A stretch of 64,000 nt of DNA from an uncultured Poribacteria bacterium (lineage in GTDB: Bacteria; Poribacteria; WGA-4E; WGA-3G). Of the stretch, positions 1 to 9,014 are shown piece after piece. Numbering within the stretch: the stretch's first letter is position 1; each line of letters starts with the position of its first letter. The notes beneath the pieces are model-generated. The model worked only from the letters and a program-made list of their open reading frames with translations. It was not told where the DNA came from and ran no database searches. Location of the stretch: contig CATQHZ020000001.1 in assembly GCA_958296135.2 (NCBI GenBank), positions 1,952,001 to 2,016,000 on the forward strand, written 5' to 3'. A program made the position numbers and the translations under genes.

Positions 1-387
1 TCTTGGGCTTATAGCGATACATACAATCGGCTCGTCAATTTGCTTGACGCGAGGCCCTATTTTCGCTACCGCAACTACTCGGTGCCCAAAGATAATCCGC
101 TGCACACCAGCGGCACTGACAAAGCACTCTATAATGCCATTAAAAATCAGATAGCCCCTAGTAGGGTTATCCTGATATTGGCCGGGGTTTATGCAAGTTC
201 AAGTTACAGCAAATGGATTGACAAAGAGATCCAGATTGCTAAGACTGAATTCCAAACCCCGAAACCGATTATTGCCATTGAGCCGTGGGGCAGTCAACGG
301 ACATCTGTGGCAGTCAAGAATGCCGCCGATGCAATCGTCGGTTGGAATACGGAGAGTATCGTCTCCGCGATCCGGAATCTATCATGA
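1..387 (+). CDS. TIR-like domain protein (MTH538/DUF1863, Thoeris ThsB-like), 5'-truncated by window edge
   Basis: Frame open from base 1 (SWAYSDTYNRLVNLLD...); typical DUF1863 pattern with NYSVPKD, VILILAG, S-KWIDKEI (catalytic-type Glu), KPIIAIEPWG, AD-IVGWN. Confidence 0.85.
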   Translation, partial: SWAYSDTYNRLVNLLDARPYFRYRNYSVPKDNPLHTSGTDKALYNAIKNQIAPSRVILILAGVYASSSYSKWIDKEIQIAKTEFQTPKPIIAIEPWGSQRTSVAVKNAADAIVGWNTESIVSAIRNLS

Positions 388-866
388 AAATGGATAGTAA
401 ACAACAAGAATTGCTGGAGATCTATAAACTCCACGCGCAACTCGCGGATAACGTGAGCAATAGGCGAGCAACAGCAAATCGCTTCTACATGCTAGTTTTG
501 TCGGGATTAGTCGTCCTCTTCTCCGCGCTGACCCAACGTCAAAACGGCATCCCACTTGGCTGCCTGATGGTAGGCTTCGGGCTATTCGGCATGCTTTTGG
601 CGGCGGCATGGTATGTCGTCATCCGTTCTTACCGCCAATTGAACACCGGCAAATTTCTGGCGTTGCATGAATTGGAAGCGCAACTTGCATATCCGTTTTT
701 CAAACGCGAATGGGAATTGCTTGAGGAAGGCGAGAAGCAGCGGACCTATTGGAAATTGACCGTTGTCGAAACCTTTGTCCCTGCTATTTTCTTTATCTGT
801 TTCGCAGTCCTGTTGGGTATTGGAATTTACCTGCTGATTGCAAATGGGGCAGCTGGCGCGCCATGA
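384..866 (+). CDS. RipA-like small membrane protein (putative pore-forming defence effector)
   Basis: ATGA overlap with TIR stop; LLEIYKL...ADNVSNRRATANRFY, hydrophobic helices, W-VIRSYRQLNTGKF..IHELE-type motif, C-terminal TM. Confidence 0.7.
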   Translation: MKMDSKQQELLEIYKLHAQLADNVSNRRATANRFYMLVLSGLVVLFSALTQRQNGIPLGCLMVGFGLFGMLLAAAWYVVIRSYRQLNTGKFLALHELEAQLAYPFFKREWELLEEGEKQRTYWKLTVVETFVPAIFFICFAVLLGIGIYLLIANGAAGAP

Positions 867-891
867 AAATTAAGAAGGTGGAGAAACACCC

Positions 892-1197
892 ATGAGCAAA
901 CTCCCAAAAAATCTACCGCCACGCGACCCGCAGGCACTGACTTTCCCAACCGTGTGGAAAGAATCCTATTTTATGAGAAACTTCAATGAGAACTGGGGCG
1001 GCTATGTCTGTCCAGACTGCGATAAGGTTTTCCTTGGCCCCGCAGACTTTCGGCGGCTTGAAGCCGAGCATATAAAACCGCAAGCAGATGGTGGGTTAAC
1101 AGTGTGGGAAAACCTTATTTTGCGATGCAAACCGTGTAGTCTCGCGAAGCGTAAAGAACAGCGTGCTGTCGCCAAGCTTTCTAACGCCCAATTTTAA
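892..1197 (+). CDS. HNH endonuclease-like protein
   Basis: CPDC...EHIKPQADGG...NL...CKPC; GGAG RBS upstream. Confidence 0.75.
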   Translation: MSKLPKNLPPRDPQALTFPTVWKESYFMRNFNENWGGYVCPDCDKVFLGPADFRRLEAEHIKPQADGGLTVWENLILRCKPCSLAKRKEQRAVAKLSNAQF

Positions 1198-1254
1198 ACT
1201 TGCCAAAAATTCGGAATTAGGGTAAAATCTTAACGTAATTCCAAAATCTCCGCG

Positions 1255-1566
1255 ATGGAGGCAAACATGCTCAACTTTTTCAACAGTCTCTTTCGTAAAG
1301 AGACACCTCAACCCGAGGCTGATGTCTTGAACTACATCCCTTTCCAATTCGTGAAGGATTGGGAAAAAGGCGATAAAATCACCGTAGCTGGCGAACCTGC
1401 GACAATCTACGATGTTGTTCCTCGTAAGAGCCCCGCAGGAAAAACAGTTGCATCCATCGGTGTGATGTACGACGATGAGCCCGGCGTTGTTCGGCTCGTT
1501 GATTTTGATTTTCATCTCCTCAAACAGGAACACAGACACTCACCAGCGGCCGCGCATGGGAGATAA
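1255..1566 (+). CDS. hypothetical protein (start may be ATG 1267)
   Basis: 103-aa ORF; GGAGG just upstream of the second Met. Confidence 0.5.
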   Translation: MEANMLNFFNSLFRKETPQPEADVLNYIPFQFVKDWEKGDKITVAGEPATIYDVVPRKSPAGKTVASIGVMYDDEPGVVRLVDFDFHLLKQEHRHSPAAAHGR

Positions 1567-1656
1567 CTCCCTCGGCCGCTCAAGTGAGGATCGGGTTTCC
1601 TATGCAATAGTTTTTAGGCAGTCCTCTCCTCAACCGACAATCCACGGGAAATCGAA

Positions 1657-2541
1657 ATGGAAAAACAAGATCGAGCGGTATTGTGGAAAGAGTTATCCCA
1701 GCAGATTGCCTCTTGCACTTTTTCCAAAGCAGACTTAAGGACGCTTTGTGAAAGACTGCAAGAGGCAAGTTGCGAAGCAGCGGATGAGGAGATAAGCCAT
1801 TACACGCCGCAGGACCGACCTGCGGAACAGATTCTCGTAGATAAAGAATTGCTCAAATCGGGATTTGAACTCAAGGTAACCGTGAGCGGTATGAACGACG
1901 AAACGGTCTTGGGCACAATTTCTATGGTGTTTGACTCTGCCCGTTTTCCGGAAAAAATTAAGAGTCTTTACATCAACAGCGGACAAGAGTTAAGAAGTCT
2001 ACACAATTGGGTCCCACGGAATCGTTTTGAGTTGGTCTTAGATTTCACCAAACCCGAACTCTTCAATTTCTTACTGTCGCCCTCCGGGCCTACTCCAAAC
2101 GCAAGCAATATTTTTGTTACCGGCCTGAATTCTACTTGGGTTAATGGAGTCTATAGGGAGGTTGCGGCTTTCGTTAGGGAACGAAAAACGCATCGCCGAC
2201 TCCTCCACAGAAACGGGGTTTATGATTTGTGCCTGCTCTGCGGAGGCATCCCCTTCGCCTTTTCGATCGCCGCTAAACTCTCCGATATCATGAACACGCT
2301 GTTCGGCGAACTCTCCGGACTGCTGCACAGTGCCGCGCAAGTATACGTTTTCTTCATTGCACTCAACTTGTTCAGAATTTTGTTTGATTATGCCCGATGG
2401 ATATTCCCTCTCGTAGAATATCATGACCCGACTGGAACAGCTCTTAAACATAGAGTCGTTTTAGGAGTACTCATCCTCGGCGTTCTGGGAAATTTCATCC
2501 ACGATTTGCTCAAAATTATCCCCACGTTCCTAACCCCCTAA
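1657..2541 (+). CDS. hypothetical protein with C-terminal transmembrane helices
   Basis: 294-aa ORF; soluble N-terminal part, about 3 hydrophobic segments in last 110 aa. Confidence 0.65.
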   Translation: MEKQDRAVLWKELSQQIASCTFSKADLRTLCERLQEASCEAADEEISHYTPQDRPAEQILVDKELLKSGFELKVTVSGMNDETVLGTISMVFDSARFPEKIKSLYINSGQELRSLHNWVPRNRFELVLDFTKPELFNFLLSPSGPTPNASNIFVTGLNSTWVNGVYREVAAFVRERKTHRRLLHRNGVYDLCLLCGGIPFAFSIAAKLSDIMNTLFGELSGLLHSAAQVYVFFIALNLFRILFDYARWIFPLVEYHDPTGTALKHRVVLGVLILGVLGNFIHDLLKIIPTFLTP

Positions 2542-2568
2542 AAAAAGCGTTTTTTTTGCTATTTTTAT

Positions 2569-2597
2569 TTGACAAACGCGCTTTTTTGTGGTATAAT
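2569..2597 (+). promoter_or_regulatory. consensus sigma70 promoter (extended -10) for the DUF1156/DUF499 genes
   Basis: TTGACA (2569-2574), 17 bp, TG-N-TATAAT (2592-2597). Confidence 0.8.
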
Positions 2598-2633
2598 TAT
2601 TAGTAATTTACGATTTTTCCCGAAACAGGGAGA

Positions 2634-5375
2634 TTGGGGTTATCAATAGTGGCGACAAGGGAAAGCGACAGACGCATCATCAAGGATGCCTCATTTCCAG
2701 TGAAGGCAGTCAGCGAACAAGGCTCCCACGACAAAAAGAAGCAAATTACGGGGCTCCACACGTGGTGGGCACGGAGACCTTTGGGTGCCTCTCGCGCCAC
2801 CTGCTACGCCGCACTCGTTTCTTCTACGAAGCAAACAGGACCTCTTAAACTCCGAAAACACCAATTCATCGCGGAACTCTCTAAATCAGAGAATCTCTCA
2901 AACCCTCTATGGATAACCTCAGCGCAAACAGATATTCTGGAGGAAGAACGGTTCGCGGGCGAAAACCCCAAGGTGCTTGATCCGTTCGGAGGAGCGGGAT
3001 CTATTCCTTTGGAAGCACAACGCCTCGGATGCGAAACCCACTCATGCGATCTGAATCCTGTCGCTGTTCTGATTCAGAAGTGCCTCCTTGAATATCCACA
3101 AAAGTATGGGGACTGTCTCCACGAGGATGTTCAGAAAATGGGGGAACAAATCCTCAACGAGGTGACGAACGAATTAAACTCGTTTTACCCGAAAGACCCC
3201 GATGGTTCTTCCCCTATCGCCTATATCTGGGCGCGTACGCTTCCTTGTCAGAATATCAGATGCGGTGCCGTCATTCCACTGATGAAACAGTTTTGGCTAG
3301 CGAAGAAAAAGAAAAAACGGGTTGCACTCTTCCCTTATGAGAATGAAGGACAGGTTGCTTTCCGAATCGTTGGTACAGGCACCCATGTAGCCTTGCCTGA
3401 GGGTTTCGACCCATCCAAGGGTACTGTCAGAAATGCAGTCGTTACCTGTCCTCTTTGCAAAAGCACTATCTCCGCTAAAGAAACGCGCGCGCTTTCAAAG
3501 GATAACGGAATAGGCGAACGGATTGTTGCCGTAGTCACCTTGCATCCTAACAAGAGAGGGAGACGCTACCGCCTTGCTACGGATGCCGACGCAGCTGCTT
3601 TTACCGCTGCACAACAGCAGCTTTCCAAAAAACGGGCGTTTCTGGCGAAGGACTGGGGACTCGATCCGGTTCCAGACGAAGCCACTCCTGAAGGAAGCAA
3701 ATGCGGCTATCGGGTCTCCAATTATAATCTCATCACCTATGGTTCGCTCTTCAACGCGCGCCAGCAACTTACTCTCGTGACCTTAATAGAGAAGATCAGA
3801 GCGGCACATTCAGAAATGTCCTGCGAAGAAGGTGACCGGGCGACTTACGCAGCCGCTGTCACTACGTACTTAGGACTTTGGCTGAATCAGATCCTCGATA
3901 TCTTCTCAAATCTTTGTCGATGGCGTAGCGATAGCGAAGCCGTTGTCGGAGTTTTCGGGAGATCGGGTGTACCCATGGTTTGGGATTACGCGGAGAGCCA
4001 TCTGGCACCCGCATCGGTTAACCGGCTAGAAGGTGTCTTAAACACAATTAAGTACCTTGCTCAAATACGCGCTAAGCCTGCCAAAGTCAAGCGAGCTTCC
4101 GCGGCCAATCTTCCTGTTGAACATTATCCCGACGCGTTTTTTGATGCAGTGCTAACCGATCCGCCCTATTACAATAACATTCCCTACGCGTACCTGTCTG
4201 ATTTCTTCTACGTCTGGCTCAAAAGAAGTATCGGTGCAATCCATCCGGAACTCTTTAAGACAGAGTTAACGCCAAAAAAAGATGAAATCGTCGCGTACAG
4301 CCACCGCGAAGGCGGGATGGAAGCCGGTAAGCGTTCTTTTGAGGAAGGCTTGCGTAAGGCTTTTGCCGAAATCCATAGGGTGCTGAAACCAAACGGAATT
4401 GCTGTCATCGTCTACGCGCACAAGTCAAATGAAGGCTGGGAGACGTTGATTAACGCGCTCCTTGATTCAGAGTTTGTCATTACGGCCGCGTGGTCCATTG
4501 AAACCGAGTTGAAAGGTCGCTTAGTTGCTCAAAATACTGCCTCGCTTTCTTCATCCATCTACATGGTAGCGCGAAAAAAAGTCCGTGAACCCCTTGGGAT
4601 GTACAAAGATGTCAGGGCAGAATTAGAGGAACACCTCAAATCACAGTGCTCAGCACTGTGGGAGTCGGGTATCTCTGGCGCAGACCTGTCTATCGCAGCA
4701 ATCGGAAGTGCCCTCCAGATATTCAGCAAGTATGAAGAAGTTATGGATTACGAAGGAACTCTCATCCGTGCTGAGAGTATCCTTACGGATATCCGAGAAT
4801 TGATTGCCGCTTACGATCCAGAAAAGATACATACCGGCACCTCGTCAGTATCCGCGGGTGGCCATGTATCTTCTTATGCTCAACGCATTGAAACAGAAGC
4901 GACACCACTAACTCGGTTCTACCACCTCTGGCGACAAGAGCATGGCGAAAAACGGATGCAGTTTGACGCAGCCAACCAGTTGGCGCGCTCACTCGGCATT
5001 GACTTGACAACTGAATGGGGAGAGCGGAAATTCTTATGTCAGGAAGGTTCATTCGTCCGTGTGCTAGGACCGCATGAACGCCATATTGACGATGTCACCG
5101 ATAGCGAGGAGTTGATAGACGTTTTGCACCACGCGCTTCTCCTATGGCGTTCCGGCAAACGTGAGGAGATGTTCCAATGCCTCGCCCGCAGCGAAGTGGG
5201 TGTCAATGAACTCTTATGGAACGTCGCGCAGGCGGTGAGTTTGGCTCTCCCGCTTGAGGCGGAAGAACGCCGATGGCTTGAAGGATGGCTCGCCGATAGA
5301 GAAACCATTAAGGCTGAGGTCTCGGCAATTCTGGAAAAGCCAGAACAGGAAACGTTATCGCTAAATGGCCAGTAG
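2634..5375 (+). CDS. DUF1156-domain adenine DNA methyltransferase (start TTG 2634 or GTG 2649)
   Basis: LHTWWARRPL (DUF1156 signature), DPFGGAGSIPLEA (SAM-binding), TDPPYYNN (motif IV), CxxxxC/CxxC Zn ribbon. Confidence 0.9.
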   Translation: MGLSIVATRESDRRIIKDASFPVKAVSEQGSHDKKKQITGLHTWWARRPLGASRATCYAALVSSTKQTGPLKLRKHQFIAELSKSENLSNPLWITSAQTDILEEERFAGENPKVLDPFGGAGSIPLEAQRLGCETHSCDLNPVAVLIQKCLLEYPQKYGDCLHEDVQKMGEQILNEVTNELNSFYPKDPDGSSPIAYIWARTLPCQNIRCGAVIPLMKQFWLAKKKKKRVALFPYENEGQVAFRIVGTGTHVALPEGFDPSKGTVRNAVVTCPLCKSTISAKETRALSKDNGIGERIVAVVTLHPNKRGRRYRLATDADAAAFTAAQQQLSKKRAFLAKDWGLDPVPDEATPEGSKCGYRVSNYNLITYGSLFNARQQLTLVTLIEKIRAAHSEMSCEEGDRATYAAAVTTYLGLWLNQILDIFSNLCRWRSDSEAVVGVFGRSGVPMVWDYAESHLAPASVNRLEGVLNTIKYLAQIRAKPAKVKRASAANLPVEHYPDAFFDAVLTDPPYYNNIPYAYLSDFFYVWLKRSIGAIHPELFKTELTPKKDEIVAYSHREGGMEAGKRSFEEGLRKAFAEIHRVLKPNGIAVIVYAHKSNEGWETLINALLDSEFVITAAWSIETELKGRLVAQNTASLSSSIYMVARKKVREPLGMYKDVRAELEEHLKSQCSALWESGISGADLSIAAIGSALQIFSKYEEVMDYEGTLIRAESILTDIRELIAAYDPEKIHTGTSSVSAGGHVSSYAQRIETEATPLTRFYHLWRQEHGEKRMQFDAANQLARSLGIDLTTEWGERKFLCQEGSFVRVLGPHERHIDDVTDSEELIDVLHHALLLWRSGKREEMFQCLARSEVGVNELLWNVAQAVSLALPLEAEERRWLEGWLADRETIKAEVSAILEKPEQETLSLNGQ

Positions 5376-5465
5376 GCGGGACATTCTTGTCCCGAACATT
5401 GTTCCGATAGGCGGGACATCCCTGTCCCGATATACACTGCATCGAGACCAGGAAGTCTCTCCTAC
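5372..5465. repeat. cluster of GTAG REP-like palindromes
   Basis: gtaggcgggacattcttgtcccg, ataggcgggacatccctgtcccgat and atcgagaccaggaagtctctcctac; reverse complements recur at 26006-26196. Confidence 0.75.
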
Positions 5466-5522
5466 AAGGAGGCAAGAATCGAGACTGGGAGGGAGGAACA
5501 GAACGACAAGGAGAACGTAACT

Positions 5523-8033
5523 ATGGCATCTTTTGAAAAAATCGCCAAACCGCACAACGACATTCTCAGCGGTAATTTCACCTTGGAAACCTATGCCGCA
5601 AACCTCGGTGACGTAGTGAAGGGGCAAGGTCCTATTGAATATCGAAACGCGAATCGGTTTTTCAAGAAAACCTACATGACCGAGGGGTTAAAGGCGTTAC
5701 TTCAAGGCGTGGAACGCCGGTTGAAAGGGCGCGGCGGCGATGCAGTTATCCAACTGCAAACCCCCTTTGGCGGCGGAAAAACCCACACGCTGATTGCCCT
5801 ATACCACAAAGCACGCGAGTGGAAGACGAAGCCCATCGTCATTGCCGGTTCCGTCCTGGACGCAAAACGGACGCTTTGGGCTGAAATCGAAGTGCAACTG
5901 ACAGGTGAGGTGCAGCGTTTCAAAGGGCGCGTCGCACCGGGAGGAGAGGAAATCTCTGCCTTGTTCCGCCAAAGCGATGCTCCTGTGTTGCTCCTCATGG
6001 ACGAGATTCTCCACTACCTTACACGCGCGAACGCCATCTCCGTAGGAAAAAGCACCCTCGCTGAGCAGACGTTGACGTTCGTGCAATCGTTGACTGAATC
6101 GGCGGCATCCGCCAAAAACGTCGCTTTCATTGCAACGCTGCAATCTGAGGGACTTGAACGTTACGGAGAGAAAGCGGATGTACTCGCCTCCCGCTTTGAG
6201 AAAGTTATCGGCAGAGTGGAACAAGTGCGAACGCCTGTCACTGATACCGAAATCGCCAAAGTCATTCGGAAACGGCTTTTTGTCGAGGAGGAGATTGATA
6301 AGGCCGCAGTCAGAAAAGTGGTGCGCGCGTTTGCCAATTACGCGGCGGAAGAGAAGATTCTGCCACCCGGCGTTCAAAAATCGGAGTATCAGGAACGGTT
6401 CATGGAGAGTTATCCGTTCCAACCCGAAGTCATTGATGTCCTCTATCAACGGTGGGGTGGTTTTCCGACGTTTCAGCGGACGCGCGGCGTGCTGCGGCTC
6501 CTCTCCAATGTTGTCGCTCGCTCATGCAAGAAGAACCTGCCTTACATCACCCTCGCCGATTTCGATCTACGTGATGCGAACATCCGAGGCGAACTCCTAA
6601 AGCACGCGGGGAACGTGTTTAACAGCATCATCGCGAACGATATTACCGGCACGGATGCCGGCGCGAAAGCGGTAGATGCCGGACTCGGCGATACCCACAA
6701 AAACCTCGTATTAGGCACGCGCACAGCGACTGCCATCTTCCTTTACTCTTTCACAGGCGGACAGGAACGCGGCGCGACGATCGACCAGGTGAAGCGGAGC
6801 GCAGCACACCCTGACAATCCGTCTGCAATCATCGATTCGGCGATAAATCAGCTGAACACGCACCTCTTTTATCTGCGCACCGAAAACAGCAAATCCTATT
6901 TTGATACACAACCTAACTTAACGCGGATTGTGCAGATCCGGATGCAGAATCTTGAGCCGGAGAGAATCGCTTCGCGTGCTGATGCGCAACTCAAGAAGAG
7001 CTTCACCTCCCGAACCGGGGCGCGTATGAAGATGTTCATCGCACCGAAAAATGGAATGGACATCCCGGATACCCCAGAACTGAAATTGATTATCCTTCCG
7101 CAACGCGACGACGCGTTTTGTCAGACCGTGTTGGAAGCGCGTGGCGAAACCCCGCGCGTCTATCGCAACACCCTCTTCTTCCTCACCCCACCTGAGGAAG
7201 GCGCGAAACAACTGCAAACCGAGGTGAAAAGCGTTCTCGCCTACGAGGATATTCAGAAGGACCGCGGACTGAATTTATCCGCCGCCCAAACGAAAGAGGT
7301 AGTGGACAAATTGCGGCAAGCCGGTACTATACTAGACGAAGCAGTCCGCAACGATTACCGCACTCTTTTAATTCCTGCCAAAGACGGTTTTCGCGTGGAA
7401 GACCTCGGGCTGCCTGCACACGGTATGAACACGCCGTTTGACGCGAAAGTCTACGATCTGCTCCGTTCAAAAGAGGAAGTTCTGGAGACAATCGGCGAAC
7501 GCATCATCCTGCGGCACTACTTACGGGAACAGGATACACTTGAGACTGCCCGGTTACTCCACTCCAGTCTCCGCACCCCCGGTGAACCTCGCGTGCTCCG
7601 TGAGGCGTGGGTAAGGGGTATCCGCCAAGGCGTGCAGCAAGGACTCTTCGGCATCGGCGATAAGATGGGAGCTGAACTCATCCAACGCGCTTTCAAGCAA
7701 GAGGGAGCAGAAGTGACGCTTGGCGATAAAGAGGTGATTATCCATCCATCGCGTTGCAAACAGATTGTTCTGGAACCGAAACCGCCGCAACCTAAAGTAG
7801 CTCCGCCCGAAACAGATGAGGAAACTTTTGAGCCGCGACAATCGGTTCGTCTCCGGTTTACCGTGCCGAGTGGAAAGGTAAGCAACATGTCCCAACACGT
7901 CAACGCGTTGCAAGCGCAATTCAAAAACATTCGGATTGAATTGACAACTAGCGATGGCGAAATTTCCGAGACAGACTACGAACAACTTAAAGCAGATTTC
8001 CTTGCGTCAGGCATTGAGGTGGAGGAAGTCTAG
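5523..8033 (+). CDS. DUF499-family AAA+ ATPase
   Basis: PH-DIL start, LQTPFGGGKTH Walker A, LLLMDE Walker B, SYPFQPE, FQRTRGVLRLL; AAGGAG RBS. Confidence 0.9.
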   Translation: MASFEKIAKPHNDILSGNFTLETYAANLGDVVKGQGPIEYRNANRFFKKTYMTEGLKALLQGVERRLKGRGGDAVIQLQTPFGGGKTHTLIALYHKAREWKTKPIVIAGSVLDAKRTLWAEIEVQLTGEVQRFKGRVAPGGEEISALFRQSDAPVLLLMDEILHYLTRANAISVGKSTLAEQTLTFVQSLTESAASAKNVAFIATLQSEGLERYGEKADVLASRFEKVIGRVEQVRTPVTDTEIAKVIRKRLFVEEEIDKAAVRKVVRAFANYAAEEKILPPGVQKSEYQERFMESYPFQPEVIDVLYQRWGGFPTFQRTRGVLRLLSNVVARSCKKNLPYITLADFDLRDANIRGELLKHAGNVFNSIIANDITGTDAGAKAVDAGLGDTHKNLVLGTRTATAIFLYSFTGGQERGATIDQVKRSAAHPDNPSAIIDSAINQLNTHLFYLRTENSKSYFDTQPNLTRIVQIRMQNLEPERIASRADAQLKKSFTSRTGARMKMFIAPKNGMDIPDTPELKLIILPQRDDAFCQTVLEARGETPRVYRNTLFFLTPPEEGAKQLQTEVKSVLAYEDIQKDRGLNLSAAQTKEVVDKLRQAGTILDEAVRNDYRTLLIPAKDGFRVEDLGLPAHGMNTPFDAKVYDLLRSKEEVLETIGERIILRHYLREQDTLETARLLHSSLRTPGEPRVLREAWVRGIRQGVQQGLFGIGDKMGAELIQRAFKQEGAEVTLGDKEVIIHPSRCKQIVLEPKPPQPKVAPPETDEETFEPRQSVRLRFTVPSGKVSNMSQHVNALQAQFKNIRIELTTSDGEISETDYEQLKADFLASGIEVEEV

Positions 8034-8034
8034 C

Positions 8035-9003
8035 CTATCCAGTCAAATAACCTGCCACCACCTCCACCACCTGCGCAACAGCAATCCCATCAATTACCGC
8101 ACAACTGCCAGCACCGCATCCACCAGGATGCCGCCCCGGATGACACGGATTACATCCTAACTGCAGCCCACTCTGCACGACGGTGTGCTTCTCACCGTAG
8201 GGACCGCTTCGATGGTGGTTCGTTGAACCGAAAAGGGCAACCACCGGCGTATCCACCGCGGCGGCGATGTGCATCGGACCGGTGTCATTCCCAATGTAAA
8301 CGTCGCATTCCGCGATTAAGGCGGCAAGGTGACGCAGATTTCCTGTTTTGACGAGAATAGGTGAAGGATGCATCATGCTCGCTACCTGCGCTTGGAGTTC
8401 GCGTTCATCCGGCCCTGCGAAGAGGAGGATTGCGGCACCCAGTTTCTCATATAGGATAGTCGCGAGTTGCGCGTATTTTTGCGCCTCCCACAATTTGTAT
8501 ATCCAATTTCCACCGGGATGAATGCCGATGAAGCGTTGAAACCGGGAGGGCTCTCCTACAAGGAAGTGTCGCGCTTCGGTCTGTTCAGTTTCGGTGAGTT
8601 GGAGGTGAGGGCGTGCATCCGTTGTATCAACGCCGCGCCGCTGTAGCACTTCCAGATAGCGGGTGACAGCGTGGCGATTTCCGCTGCTGCGTCCCATTCC
8701 CCAATGTTCCGCACCGATGCATCTCGCCACAAAGCTGTCGCGGAGGTTGATAACGATGTTGAATTTTTCGCGGCGCAAGGTTCGGATGAGGCGCAGCCGG
8801 CCTCTCCAACCGGCATGTTCGCCGCGGTTGTCGTAAATGTGAACGGCATCGATTTGCGGTTCGGTAGTGAAGAGTGCCGCCGCACGCGGGCCAACAAGAA
8901 AGGTCAGATGCGCATCAGGAAAATGTCGCCGCAGCGGTTGGATAACGGCAGTGGAGAGCACGGCATCGCCAATGAAGGTGAAACTGAAGATGAGGATTTT
9001 CAT
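8035..9003 (-). CDS. glycosyltransferase family 9 (heptosyltransferase-like)
   Basis: IGDAVLST, GIHPGG, GNDTGPMHIAAAV, LFGST. Confidence 0.9.
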   Translation of the reverse strand: MKILIFSFTFIGDAVLSTAVIQPLRRHFPDAHLTFLVGPRAAALFTTEPQIDAVHIYDNRGEHAGWRGRLRLIRTLRREKFNIVINLRDSFVARCIGAEHWGMGRSSGNRHAVTRYLEVLQRRGVDTTDARPHLQLTETEQTEARHFLVGEPSRFQRFIGIHPGGNWIYKLWEAQKYAQLATILYEKLGAAILLFAGPDERELQAQVASMMHPSPILVKTGNLRHLAALIAECDVYIGNDTGPMHIAAAVDTPVVALFGSTNHHRSGPYGEKHTVVQSGLQLGCNPCHPGRHPGGCGAGSCAVIDGIAVAQVVEVVAGYLTG

Positions 9004-9014
9004 TTGACTGCAAT

